From a cyanobacterium endosymbiont of Braarudosphaera bigelowii (GTDB lineage Bacteria; Cyanobacteriota; Cyanobacteriia; Cyanobacteriales; Microcystaceae), in the NCBI RefSeq assembly GCF_020885515.1, contig NZ_AP024987.1, forward strand, positions 210,001 through 242,000: a DNA stretch of 32,000 nucleotides, given 5' to 3'. Numbering within the stretch: the stretch's first letter is position 1; the number at the start of each line of letters is the position of its first letter. A program made the position numbers and the translations under genes. Shown here in pieces: positions 9,291-18,770 of the stretch. The notes under the pieces are model-generated. The model was given only the letters and a program-made list of their open reading frames with translations, was not told the DNA's origin and did not search any database.

Positions 9291-9503
9291 GATAACATTA
9301 AAATCATAGTCTATCAATATTTGGTAACTATAAAAAAATATCAACAACTGACTTTCTAATTTAAATAGATACTATAAATTATTTCACCATAATTTGTAAT
9401 ACCTATTTCATAAACTATAATTAAAAATTAAGAAAGAATGAAAAACCAATTATCGCAAGTGATAAGACGAATTTATTCTTAAAATATTACAAATATTAAT
9501 AAT

Positions 9504-10913
9504 ATGACATCGAAACGAGATAATCCCTTTTTCAGTCTCGAATATCAGACCACTTTAGAAGACTTAGGGAGTGAATACTATGATGAAGTAGATGCAGCTA
9601 AATTTCCACAACACATTCTGAAGTTTCGTAATAATGATTTGTTAAAGCATCTAGGGCTAGCATCACAAGATGTAGATGACATACATTTTATTGAGGCATT
9701 TGGAAAGTTTAAAAAGATACGTCCTTTCCTGGCATTATCTTATCATGGTTATCAATTTGGAGAGTACAATCCTTTCTTAGGTGACGGAAGAGGATTTTTG
9801 TATGGACAAGTTAAGGGGATAAATGGTCAAGTATATGATTTTGGAACGAAAGGATCTGGAAAAACACCTTATTCTCGAGGTGGTGATGGAAAATTGACTC
9901 TCAAAGGAGGAATAAGAGAAGTTCTCGCAGCAGAAATATTGCATAGAATTGGAGTTAAAACATCCCGATGTTTAAGTTTAATTGAAACAGGAGAAAAATT
10001 ATGGAGAGGAGATGAGCCTTCTCCTACTCGCTCTTCGGTAATGGTTAGAATGAGTCGTTCTCATATTCGCTTTGGGACTTTTGAGCGTCTATATCATCTT
10101 AAAAGGCCTGACCTAATAAAGAAATTGTTAGATGTTGTGATTAATGTTTACTATCCAGAAATCGCTTTAGATAGCGATCGCTATGGTCTATTTTACGAAG
10201 AATTAGTAAAGAGAAGTGCCCAGTTAGTTGCGCATTGGATGGCTGCAGGATTCTGTCATGGGGTACTTAACACAGATAATATGTCTATTATTGGCGAAAG
10301 CTTTGATTATGGACCTTATGCATTTATCAACACATATGATCCATGTTTTACATCTGCCTATTTTGATCATGGTCGACGTTATAGTTATGGTAATCAACCT
10401 TTAATGATTCGTACTAACCTAGAAATGTTACAGTTACCATTAATGAGTGTTATATCTCCCAAAGTGTTAGAGACAGGTATAAGTCAGTTTAGTTACCATT
10501 ATGAAAATGCATATCGTAAGGCAATATTTAGTAAATTAGGTCTAACAAAAAACGTTCATCAAGAAAGTGGACTTTTAGAAGCAACAATAGATGTATTACG
10601 GACAAGCCAAATTAATTATCATCAATTTTTTATTTACTTGATTGATAATATAAATAAAAGTTGGTGGAAAGAGCCGTCTAATATATTAGAGAAAATTAAA
10701 TTGCCCGCAGCAAATTGGGTAAACTGGAAAAGGATATATAATAAATCTTTAAATGAATATTCTTCAGATCAGGTCAATAATATTATTAACAATTTAAATC
10801 AGTTTAATATTAAAACTCCTTTGCTTAAGTCCAAGATGGAATCATTATGGGATTCCATAGCTTCTCATGACGATTGGGAACCCTTTTATCAGTTAATAAA
10901 AGATACTAAATAA
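9504..10913 (+). CDS. selO: protein adenylyltransferase SelO (YdiU/UPF0061 pseudokinase-fold AMPylase)
   Basis: Family-typical blocks are YHGYQFGEYNPFLGDGRGFLYG, KGSGKTPYSRGGDGKLTLKGGIREVLAAE and HGVLNTDNMSIIGESFDYGPYAF. Confidence 0.9.
   Translation: MTSKRDNPFFSLEYQTTLEDLGSEYYDEVDAAKFPQHILKFRNNDLLKHLGLASQDVDDIHFIEAFGKFKKIRPFLALSYHGYQFGEYNPFLGDGRGFLYGQVKGINGQVYDFGTKGSGKTPYSRGGDGKLTLKGGIREVLAAEILHRIGVKTSRCLSLIETGEKLWRGDEPSPTRSSVMVRMSRSHIRFGTFERLYHLKRPDLIKKLLDVVINVYYPEIALDSDRYGLFYEELVKRSAQLVAHWMAAGFCHGVLNTDNMSIIGESFDYGPYAFINTYDPCFTSAYFDHGRRYSYGNQPLMIRTNLEMLQLPLMSVISPKVLETGISQFSYHYENAYRKAIFSKLGLTKNVHQESGLLEATIDVLRTSQINYHQFFIYLIDNINKSWWKEPSNILEKIKLPAANWVNWKRIYNKSLNEYSSDQVNNIINNLNQFNIKTPLLKSKMESLWDSIASHDDWEPFYQLIKDTK
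10174..10181. repeat. single HIP1 octamer (GCGATCGC)
   Basis: An exact GCGATCGC lies inside selO. It is the only copy I found in the window. Confidence 0.5.
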
Positions 10914-11082
10914 CAATAATCAAATAAAGCATTTATAATTCAATGCTTGATATCTATCAATATATGTAGTGTAACAACAGATATTGACTGTTTAAATTTA
11001 GAGGACATTAATGATAATTAAAATTGATAATATGACTTATGAGATTTAGAATATAATTCACCAGATGTTTATATAAAAATTC

Positions 11083-12204
11083 GTGATTAATTCTAGTATT
11101 TCTCAAAATCTACTAAAAACGCCTATATACGACTTTATTATTGAAGAAAAAGCCAAAATGATAAATTTTTTTGGTTGGCATATGCCTATTCAATTCGATG
11201 GCATTCAAGTAGAACATAATGCTGTTAGAAATAATGTTGGCATATTTGATATTTCTCATATGGGTAAGCTTTTAATAGAAGGAGATGAGCTGGTTTCTTT
11301 ACTACAATTTCTCGTCCCATCAGATATTAAGCGATTAACTTCCGGAAAAGCACAATATACAACATTTTTAAATCACAATGGCGGAATAATAGACGATATT
11401 ATTATTTATTATCAAAACTCCAAAAAAGTCATAATCATAACTAATTCATCTACAAAAGATAAAGATATAGAATGGATTAAATCACATACTATGTCTACTC
11501 CGATTAAAGTGACAGATTTATCTGAAGAAAAAGTTTTATTGGCAATTCAAGGGCCGCAAGCTTTAAAAAAGTTACAGCTATTTGCTGATAGTGACATAGC
11601 AAAATTATCTTTTTTTGGACATATAGAAACTAAAATACTAGGATATCCTGCTTTTGTCTCTCGTACAGGATATACCGGTGAAGATGGTTTTGAAATAATG
11701 GTTTCCAATGAAGTAGGAAGAAAATTATGGAAAGTATTTACTAATGAAAAAGTTATACCTTGTGGACTGGGAGCTAGGGATACTTTGCGTCTAGAGGCAT
11801 CTATGTGTTTGTATGGTCAAGACATTAATGATAGTACTACTCCTTTAGAAGCTGGTTTAAATAATTTTGTACATTTAGATAGTAAAGATAATTTCATTGG
11901 ACGAGAAGTATTAGAACAACAAACTAGGGAAGGAGTTAGTAAATTATTGGTAGTATTAGAAATGGAAGGAAAACAAATTGCTCGGCGTGGATATAATATT
12001 TTTTCGAATGGTAAATGTATAAGTACGATAACTAGCGGGACATTTATTCCGACAACAAAGAAGGCTTTATCATTTGCCTATCTTCCTATCCATTTGAGTC
12101 AAGCAGGAACAGTAATTGATGTAGAAATAAGAAAAAAACTATATCCAGCAAAAGTTATAAAAAAAACATTTTATAAATCTAGAAAGAAAAAAAATAAGAC
12201 ATAA
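11083..12204 (+). CDS. gcvT: glycine cleavage system aminomethyltransferase (T protein)
   Basis: LKTPIYDF...FFGWHMPIQF, GIFDISHMGK, SRTGYTGEDGFEI and GLGARDTLRLEA are GcvT hallmarks. The GTG start at 11083 retains the conserved N-terminus. Confidence 0.93.
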   Translation: MINSSISQNLLKTPIYDFIIEEKAKMINFFGWHMPIQFDGIQVEHNAVRNNVGIFDISHMGKLLIEGDELVSLLQFLVPSDIKRLTSGKAQYTTFLNHNGGIIDDIIIYYQNSKKVIIITNSSTKDKDIEWIKSHTMSTPIKVTDLSEEKVLLAIQGPQALKKLQLFADSDIAKLSFFGHIETKILGYPAFVSRTGYTGEDGFEIMVSNEVGRKLWKVFTNEKVIPCGLGARDTLRLEASMCLYGQDINDSTTPLEAGLNNFVHLDSKDNFIGREVLEQQTREGVSKLLVVLEMEGKQIARRGYNIFSNGKCISTITSGTFIPTTKKALSFAYLPIHLSQAGTVIDVEIRKKLYPAKVIKKTFYKSRKKKNKT

Positions 12205-12267
12205 CATATTATTTATCAAAATTATTTAATAGTTAAAGCTGACACTCATGTCATTAATTTACCATTT

Positions 12268-13659
12268 ATGAAAAATTCTTATTTGCTCTGGCTAATTATT
12301 AGTATAAGTTTCTTTATCTTATTTGGATGTTCTAGCCTAAGACATTCACTTTATCAGTCTAATGCTTTGGATCTAGGTTGGTTTGATCAAACTTTTTATT
12401 TGATTAGTCAAGGAATTGAGCCTATTGTATCTTTTTCTGATAATCATATTTTAGGAGATCATGCGGCAATCATTTTATATCCTTTATCATTATTTTATGT
12501 AGTTTATCCAGATTTACATTGGCTATTAATTATTCAATCATTTGCTTTATCAATTACTATTTTACCTTTGTGGAAACTAGCTAAACAGGCTAATTTATCT
12601 GATAATTCATCTTTAATTGTTGTATTAATATATTTACTTTATCCACTAACTTTTAATGTTAATTTGTTCGATTTTCATACAGAAATTATTGCTTTACCTG
12701 CAATTGTATGGTCAATACTAGCAGCAAAATTAAATTTTAGATTACAATTTATGTTTTCGATTATATTAATTTTAAGCTGTAAGGCAGTGTTGTCATTAAC
12801 AGTAACTGGAATAGGATTTTGGTTATTTTTTAATGAAAGAAAAAGAGAATATGGTATTTTTGCATTATTTACAGGGATAGTATGGTTTATATTAGCTACA
12901 CAATTTATTATTCCTCAATTTAATAATGGTGAAGTCGCTGCTGTAGGAAGATATTCATTTTTAGGAAATTCGGTTTTTAGTATTGTTACTAATTTATTTA
13001 CTAATCCAAAAATCATCTTTGATCATATTTGGAACTTACCAAATTTAGAATATATCTTTTTACTATTTATTCCTATAATTTGGTATTTAAATCTTCATCA
13101 TTTTAATGTTTTAATACCTGCTATTCCTAGCTTACTCTTAAATTTACTAACAGACTATCAGCCACAAAAAGATTTAATTCATCAATATTCTGTTCCCATA
13201 ATACCCTTCCTATTATTGTTAGTTATTACTTCTATGCAATATAAGAAAAAGATAGCTATCTTTACTAGATATACCTTAATTTGGTCATTGTTTAGTTTTC
13301 TTGCATTAGCAAAATATGACTTCTTTATTTCTAAATATACCAAACAAATGGGAAGCTTATCAGCTATGAAAGAAGCTATAGAGCTAATACCCCCGGAGGT
13401 AAAAGTTTTGACATCTCCTCAGTTTGCACCTCATTTAAGCCATCGCTCTATTATAAAATTAGCTATTAATGATCAAAAACCTATTGATATTGATAATTTT
13501 GATAACATATTATTAAATATGCGTTATCCAGGCTGGAGAAACTCTAGATATACGATTGATGACTTAGTAAAAGAACTAAAAAATAATTTGAATTTCAAAC
13601 TAGAATATAGCCATAAAGATGTAGTTTTATTTAAAAATTTAAGCAATTCAAAAATTTAA
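12268..13659 (+). CDS. DUF2079-family polytopic membrane protein (putative envelope glycan-related)
   Basis: The 463-aa protein has many TM helices. The N-terminal block SNALDLGWFDQTFYLISQGIEPIVSF...HILGDHAAIILYPLSLFY matches my recollection of DUF2079 proteins. This was not searched. Confidence 0.6.
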   Translation: MKNSYLLWLIISISFFILFGCSSLRHSLYQSNALDLGWFDQTFYLISQGIEPIVSFSDNHILGDHAAIILYPLSLFYVVYPDLHWLLIIQSFALSITILPLWKLAKQANLSDNSSLIVVLIYLLYPLTFNVNLFDFHTEIIALPAIVWSILAAKLNFRLQFMFSIILILSCKAVLSLTVTGIGFWLFFNERKREYGIFALFTGIVWFILATQFIIPQFNNGEVAAVGRYSFLGNSVFSIVTNLFTNPKIIFDHIWNLPNLEYIFLLFIPIIWYLNLHHFNVLIPAIPSLLLNLLTDYQPQKDLIHQYSVPIIPFLLLLVITSMQYKKKIAIFTRYTLIWSLFSFLALAKYDFFISKYTKQMGSLSAMKEAIELIPPEVKVLTSPQFAPHLSHRSIIKLAINDQKPIDIDNFDNILLNMRYPGWRNSRYTIDDLVKELKNNLNFKLEYSHKDVVLFKNLSNSKI

Positions 13660-13724
13660 TTTATATTAGTAAAATTTATCTATCTCATTGATCATGTTAT
13701 ACTAAGCTGATCTTAATTATAAAG

Positions 13725-14351
13725 ATGATGAAACCTCTATTTATTGTTTTGGAAGGTATTGATAAATCTGGAAAAACTACACAAGCAGAACTTCTCAAAA
13801 ATTATTTAATTGAACATGGAAATTTAGCAGTTATTAGCTCAGAACCTACAAATAGTAGTATAGGAAAATTGATTAGAGAAGGAATGCAAAATCAATTATT
13901 TTCTATTGAAGATAGAATAAAATTTGATGAACAAATGGCTTATTTATTTGCCGCAGATAGACACTATCACTTATATAATGATATTGATGGAGTCTTTAAA
14001 CTAATTCAACAAAATAACTATACTGTAATTTCTACTCGTTACTATTTTTCATCTCTTGCATATAATAGTAATAATCCAGAAGAAATTGATTTTGTCTATC
14101 AATTAAATCAAAAATTTCCCAATCCTGATTTGGTAATCTATATAGATGTTCCACTAGATGTTGCTTTATCGCGTCTTAAAAATTCTACGTTTCAAGAAAT
14201 ATACGAAACTAAAGATAAGTTAGATAAAGTAAGGAAAAATTATCAAACTATCTTTAATAATTATAAAGGTAATCTTTTAAAGATTAATGGCAAAAATTCT
14301 ATCGATAATGTTCATAAAGATATTATTCATAATTTAATAAAACAAGTTTAG
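13725..14351 (+). CDS. tmk: thymidylate (dTMP) kinase-like P-loop kinase, divergent
   Basis: P-loop FIVLEGIDKSGKTTQ, the SEPTNSSIGKLIR substrate-loop region, FAADRHYH and a lid-like region are present, and the 208-aa size fits. The usual D-R-Y/H box reads T-R-Y (ISTRYYFSSLAY). Confidence 0.65.
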   Translation: MMKPLFIVLEGIDKSGKTTQAELLKNYLIEHGNLAVISSEPTNSSIGKLIREGMQNQLFSIEDRIKFDEQMAYLFAADRHYHLYNDIDGVFKLIQQNNYTVISTRYYFSSLAYNSNNPEEIDFVYQLNQKFPNPDLVIYIDVPLDVALSRLKNSTFQEIYETKDKLDKVRKNYQTIFNNYKGNLLKINGKNSIDNVHKDIIHNLIKQV

Positions 14352-14688
14352 TTATTTCCGAACAATCGTTAATAATCACATGTATTAATTACTTAAGTCT
14401 AAAAAATAATATATAAATTACTAAAAAATATTAGCTTATTTTTTATTATTTAAAGTTTTCTTATTAAAGAATAATGTCAAGTATTAATATGTGAGGTTAA
14501 CACATAAGTCTGATAAGTATTAATGTTTATACTGGCTATTAGTTCAAATTTCGGCATAAAAATTATAGTAATCAAATTTTAGTCGTTTAAACCTTTGAGG
14601 TATTTATAAAAATTATTTCTCAAATATTAGTGAAAATGCGTTAAGCTATTTTAAATTTAGTACTATTTTATTAGAAATTTTAAAAATC

Positions 14689-15615
14689 GTGTTTATAAGC
14701 ATTGTTATTCCGACTTATAATCGTAAACCAATTTTAGAAAAATGTCTTTATGCATTAGAACAACAAAAATTTACTGATACTAAAATTAATACTTATGAAA
14801 TAGTTCTCGTGGATGATGGCTCTACAGATGGAACTTTGCAATGGTTAGACGAAAATAGACATGATTTTCCCAATGTCCATTATTTTGCTCAAGATCATCT
14901 CGGCCCTGCATCAGCAAGAAATTTAGGTATAGAAAAAGCAAGGGGAAATATAATAATTTTTATTGATAGTGACCTAGTCGTGACTGAGTCGTTTTTACAA
15001 TCTCATGCGAATGCATTAATAGAAGGCGAAAAAAAATTAGGCAGTGATTGTTTATTCACGTATGGTGCGGTTATTAACACATGTAATTTTGAGAATCCAA
15101 CTTCAGAAACTTATAAAGTGACTGACTTTTCTGCTGCTTTCTTTGCCACTGGCAATGTAGCAATTTCTCGGGTATGGCTAGAAAAAGCAGGATTATTTGA
15201 TACAAATTTTAAACAATATGGATGGGAAGATTTAGAATTAGGCGTAAGATTAAAGAAATTAGGATTACAGTTGATTAAATGTCCTGAAGCGGTTGGATAT
15301 CATTGGCATCCGGCTTTTAATTTAAAACAAGTTCCTAATCTAATCAATCAAGAAATTCAGAGAGGTAAAATGGGAATTTTATTTTATAAAAAGCATCCTA
15401 CTTTTGAAGTTCGTCTCATGATTCAAATGACATGGTTTCATAAGACTTTATGGGGAATGCTATCTTTAGGTGGAATTCTAAACGAAAAAACTCTATCACC
15501 TCTTCTACAGTGGTTAATTAATCATGGAAAACCACAAATAGCACTGGAAATCGCTCGTATTTTCCTTAACTGGTATAATGTAAAAGCTGTATACAAGGCC
15601 TATAAGGATATATAG
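14689..15615 (+). CDS. family 2 glycosyltransferase
   Basis: ISIVIPTYNRKPILEKCL ... VLVDDGSTDGT ... IIFIDSDL (D-x-D) are classic GT2/GT-A motifs. The start is GTG. Confidence 0.85.
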   Translation: MFISIVIPTYNRKPILEKCLYALEQQKFTDTKINTYEIVLVDDGSTDGTLQWLDENRHDFPNVHYFAQDHLGPASARNLGIEKARGNIIIFIDSDLVVTESFLQSHANALIEGEKKLGSDCLFTYGAVINTCNFENPTSETYKVTDFSAAFFATGNVAISRVWLEKAGLFDTNFKQYGWEDLELGVRLKKLGLQLIKCPEAVGYHWHPAFNLKQVPNLINQEIQRGKMGILFYKKHPTFEVRLMIQMTWFHKTLWGMLSLGGILNEKTLSPLLQWLINHGKPQIALEIARIFLNWYNVKAVYKAYKDI

Positions 15616-15735
15616 TAAAAAAATTTCTTGCTTCTATTATATGAGTAATTTCTACTGATTAGATAACTTACATTAAAAAAATTAAATTAATATTCTAAGA
15701 AACTATAAAGGCTACTAATCTTAACTACTTAATTA

Positions 15736-15817
15736 TTTTTTATAGAACTAGGCCATTAATCATATCTTATGCAAGTTACTTTAACTTAAATTATTAATGG
15801 CTTAGTTCTATAAAAAA
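15736..15817. repeat. 25-bp inverted repeat (one G.T position) with a 32-nt loop between convergent GT2 and mutS
   Basis: TTTTTTATAGAACTAGGCCATTAAT (15736-15760) pairs with ATTAATGGCTTAGTTCTATAAAAAA (15793-15817). The only non-Watson-Crick position is G15751.T15802. The T-run precedes and the A-run follows the stem on both strands, so no trailing U-tract exists in either orientation. Confidence 0.6.
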
Positions 15818-15863
15818 AGACTCATGGCGTAAATATAGGAACTCTTCCTATCAAGAAACTAAA

Positions 15864-18431
15864 TTAATTGTTTTTTTCTAGCTCATTAAGTTTCAATATA
15901 ATTCTACTAGATTGACTGACTTTATCCATAATTTTTTTAGCCCTTATAGTTACAGAGGAAGGTAAACCAGCTAATTTGGCAACTTCAATTCCGTAAGATT
16001 TACTAGCTCCTCCTGGGCGAATTTGATGTAAAAAGATAAGACTATTTGGCTTTTCCTCAACTATAGTTTGAAAATTAGCTATTTTAGGGACTTGAGAAGC
16101 CAATTCGTTTAATTCATGATAATGAGTAGCAAATATAGTTTTTCCTTTAATTTCTTTGCTTAAATATTCTGCTATTGCCCAAGCTATAGAAAGCCCATCA
16201 AAAGTTGATGTTCCCCTACCAACTTCATCTAATAAAATTAATGACTGTTCTGTCGCATGGTTAAGGATGTTGGCAGTCTCATTCATTTCTACCATAAAAG
16301 TTGATTGTCCAGTCGCTAAATCATCTACTGCTCCTACACGTGTAAAAATACGATCAGTAATACCTAATTTTGCAGAGGCTGCTGGAACAAAGCTTCCAGC
16401 TTGTGCTAGTAATTGAATAATTCCTATTTGTCTTAAGTAACAACTCTTTCCACTAGAGTTTGGACCTGTTAAGATAATTAAGTTTGGTTCTTCTAGTATT
16501 TTTTCAGAGCTTTCAAGAGCAACTGAATTAGGTACAAAAGAGCCAAATGGTAGTAACGCTTCAACTACTGGATGTCTACCATCAGTAATTTTCAACGATT
16601 GACTTTGTAAAATTTGAGGTCGGCAATAATCCTTGTTTACGGCAGTGGTTGCAAAACTTAATAAAATATCAATAGCTGCTATAGATTTGGCAATTTGGCA
16701 AATTGTATGGCTTTCTTTGGCTACTTCTGAACGTAGCTTTATAAAAATTTCGTATTCAAGTTTCTCAACGTTTTTTTGTGCACTTAAAATACGTACTTCT
16801 CGCTCTTTTAATTCAGGAGTAATAAAACGTTCTTCGTTAGCTAATGTTTGTTTTCTAATGAAATAATCTGGAACTTGCCCTGATTTACTGAGAGGCAAGC
16901 TTAGATAAAAACCAAAAGATTTACTGTAGCCAACTTTAAGAGTACTAATCCCTGTCTTTTGTTTTTCTCTTAATTCTAAATTAGATAACCATTTATAATC
17001 ATCTTCTATCTGTCTTCTCATACCATCTAAGTCTGTATTAACTCCATCTTTAATAATTCCTCCTTCTTTTAGTTTTATAGGGAGAGACTCTGTTAAATGA
17101 TTATGAATATATATACCTAACTCCTCTAATCTTTTAGGCATATTTTGTAAAGCTTTGAAATAAAAGGACTTACCTCGACTCGCGAATTGTGATATGTCTT
17201 TTAATTTTAATAGTGAATTAGCTAGATAAGATAAATGTCTCGCATTTGCTGTCTCTGAAGTTATTTTGGTACTAATTCTTTCTAGATCATGTATGCTAGC
17301 TAACAATTGCTTAAGATCGTGTCTTAATTCAACGTTTTCTACTAATTCTTCAACGGTATTATGTCTTTCAATAATTGTTTCAATATCTAATAAAGGCTCT
17401 ATTAACCAGCGCTGTAAATTACGAGCACCCATAGCAGTCTTAGGTTTTTGAATAATTGACAATAAAGAACCTTTAAAGGCAGAATCTTTAATAGTTTTCA
17501 TTATTTCTAAATTACGGCGTGTTTGATAATCTATAATGAGAAAATCATTTAAATTATAGTTTTTAGGTAATTGTAATGTGAGCTGTTGACCAATCTGAGT
17601 GTCTTCTATATATTTCAATAATCCTCCTGCAGCACTGACGGCTAAAGGCAAATTATGGCAGCCCATTCCTTCTATAGAGTTAACATTGAAAATACTTAGA
17701 AGTTTTTCTTTTGCGATATCTAAATCAAAAGTTGTTTTTGCTCTTAAGGAATAGCAAAAACAATCTGGTAAAGTATCTATAAATGACAAAGATTTTTCTC
17801 CAGGACGCATTACCTTACCAGAATCTACAATATTTACTGAAACAATAATTTCAGCTGGTTGTAGTCTAAGTAATTCTGAGTTAAGATTAGATAATTCTGT
17901 ATTTTGAGTAGTATAGAATTCCCCTGTAGATACGTCTGCATAAGCAAGACCCCATGAATTGCCTTTTACTATTAATGCTACTAAAAAATTATTATTTTCT
18001 GGTATTAATAATTCATCATCCATCAAAGTTCCTGGAGTTAATAATTTAGTTACACGTCTTTCTACCATCCGTCCTTGAGCAAATGCTTTTGAAGAATCTT
18101 CTACTTGATCACAAATTGCTATAGAATACCCCTTATCTATCAATAGTTTAGCGTAACGATCTAGTGAGTGATGGGGGAAACCTGTTAATGCAATTCTTCC
18201 AACTTTTTTCCCTGCTTCTTTACTAGTTAGAACAGTTCCAGCTTCTTTAGAAACAGTTACAGCATCTTGAAAAAAACATTCAAAAAAATCCCCTACTCTG
18301 TATAGCAGTAGCGCATAAGAATACTCTCTCTTGATATTTACATAATGTTGATACATTGGGGTTAAGTTGTCAAAATTTAGAAGACGATAGTCATTATGGG
18401 GAGATTTAATTTCTGCTCTTGAATTATTCAT
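15864..18431 (-). CDS. mutS: DNA mismatch repair protein MutS
   Basis: The 855-aa protein has the N-terminal mismatch-binding block TPMYQHYVNIKREY...LLLYRVGDFFECF, Walker A LTGPNSSGKSCYLRQ, DEVGRGTSTFDGLSIAWA and FATHYHEL. Confidence 0.97.
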   Translation of the reverse strand: MNNSRAEIKSPHNDYRLLNFDNLTPMYQHYVNIKREYSYALLLYRVGDFFECFFQDAVTVSKEAGTVLTSKEAGKKVGRIALTGFPHHSLDRYAKLLIDKGYSIAICDQVEDSSKAFAQGRMVERRVTKLLTPGTLMDDELLIPENNNFLVALIVKGNSWGLAYADVSTGEFYTTQNTELSNLNSELLRLQPAEIIVSVNIVDSGKVMRPGEKSLSFIDTLPDCFCYSLRAKTTFDLDIAKEKLLSIFNVNSIEGMGCHNLPLAVSAAGGLLKYIEDTQIGQQLTLQLPKNYNLNDFLIIDYQTRRNLEIMKTIKDSAFKGSLLSIIQKPKTAMGARNLQRWLIEPLLDIETIIERHNTVEELVENVELRHDLKQLLASIHDLERISTKITSETANARHLSYLANSLLKLKDISQFASRGKSFYFKALQNMPKRLEELGIYIHNHLTESLPIKLKEGGIIKDGVNTDLDGMRRQIEDDYKWLSNLELREKQKTGISTLKVGYSKSFGFYLSLPLSKSGQVPDYFIRKQTLANEERFITPELKEREVRILSAQKNVEKLEYEIFIKLRSEVAKESHTICQIAKSIAAIDILLSFATTAVNKDYCRPQILQSQSLKITDGRHPVVEALLPFGSFVPNSVALESSEKILEEPNLIILTGPNSSGKSCYLRQIGIIQLLAQAGSFVPAASAKLGITDRIFTRVGAVDDLATGQSTFMVEMNETANILNHATEQSLILLDEVGRGTSTFDGLSIAWAIAEYLSKEIKGKTIFATHYHELNELASQVPKIANFQTIVEEKPNSLIFLHQIRPGGASKSYGIEVAKLAGLPSSVTIRAKKIMDKVSQSSRIILKLNELEKNN

Positions 18432-18770
18432 AACATGTTTTAATAGACTTTAATAAATTTAGGACGAATTTGCCTAGAGTATACTAACAATAATAGTGTA
18501 CAGGATACATTGCACAAGCTACTATTTTAGCATAAGATTAACTAACTATTAATATGCGCTTGTAAAGTGCAGAACTTTATACATCTTCCTCGTAATCCAA
18601 AAAGAAAGAAGATTGTTTAAATTTTAGTTGTTCTCTCTGCAAAATTTTTAGATATTTGCTATTAGAATGTACTAGTAATAAAATTAGATAAACAATTATA
18701 ATATATTGAGAACTTAAATCTGAAGAATTAGTAATTAAAATATCCTTCAATAAATATAGAGAAAGAAATT

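Noticed and set aside
10914-11082. Glycine riboswitch upstream of gcvT.
   Set aside because: The 170-nt leader is almost pure A/T, with only a 7-bp hairpin (AAGCATT/AATGCTT, about 10927-10948) that looks like the selO 3' end. I saw none of the GC-rich conserved cores of glycine aptamers as I recall them.
18432-18770. CIRCE heat-shock operator (TTAGCACTC-N9-GAGTGCTAA) or another recognisable element upstream of grpE.
   Set aside because: Only a partial half-site-like TTAGCAT exists, with no matching inverted partner at N9. The imperfect TGCACAAGC ... GCTTGTAAAGTGCA complement is interrupted and unconvincing.
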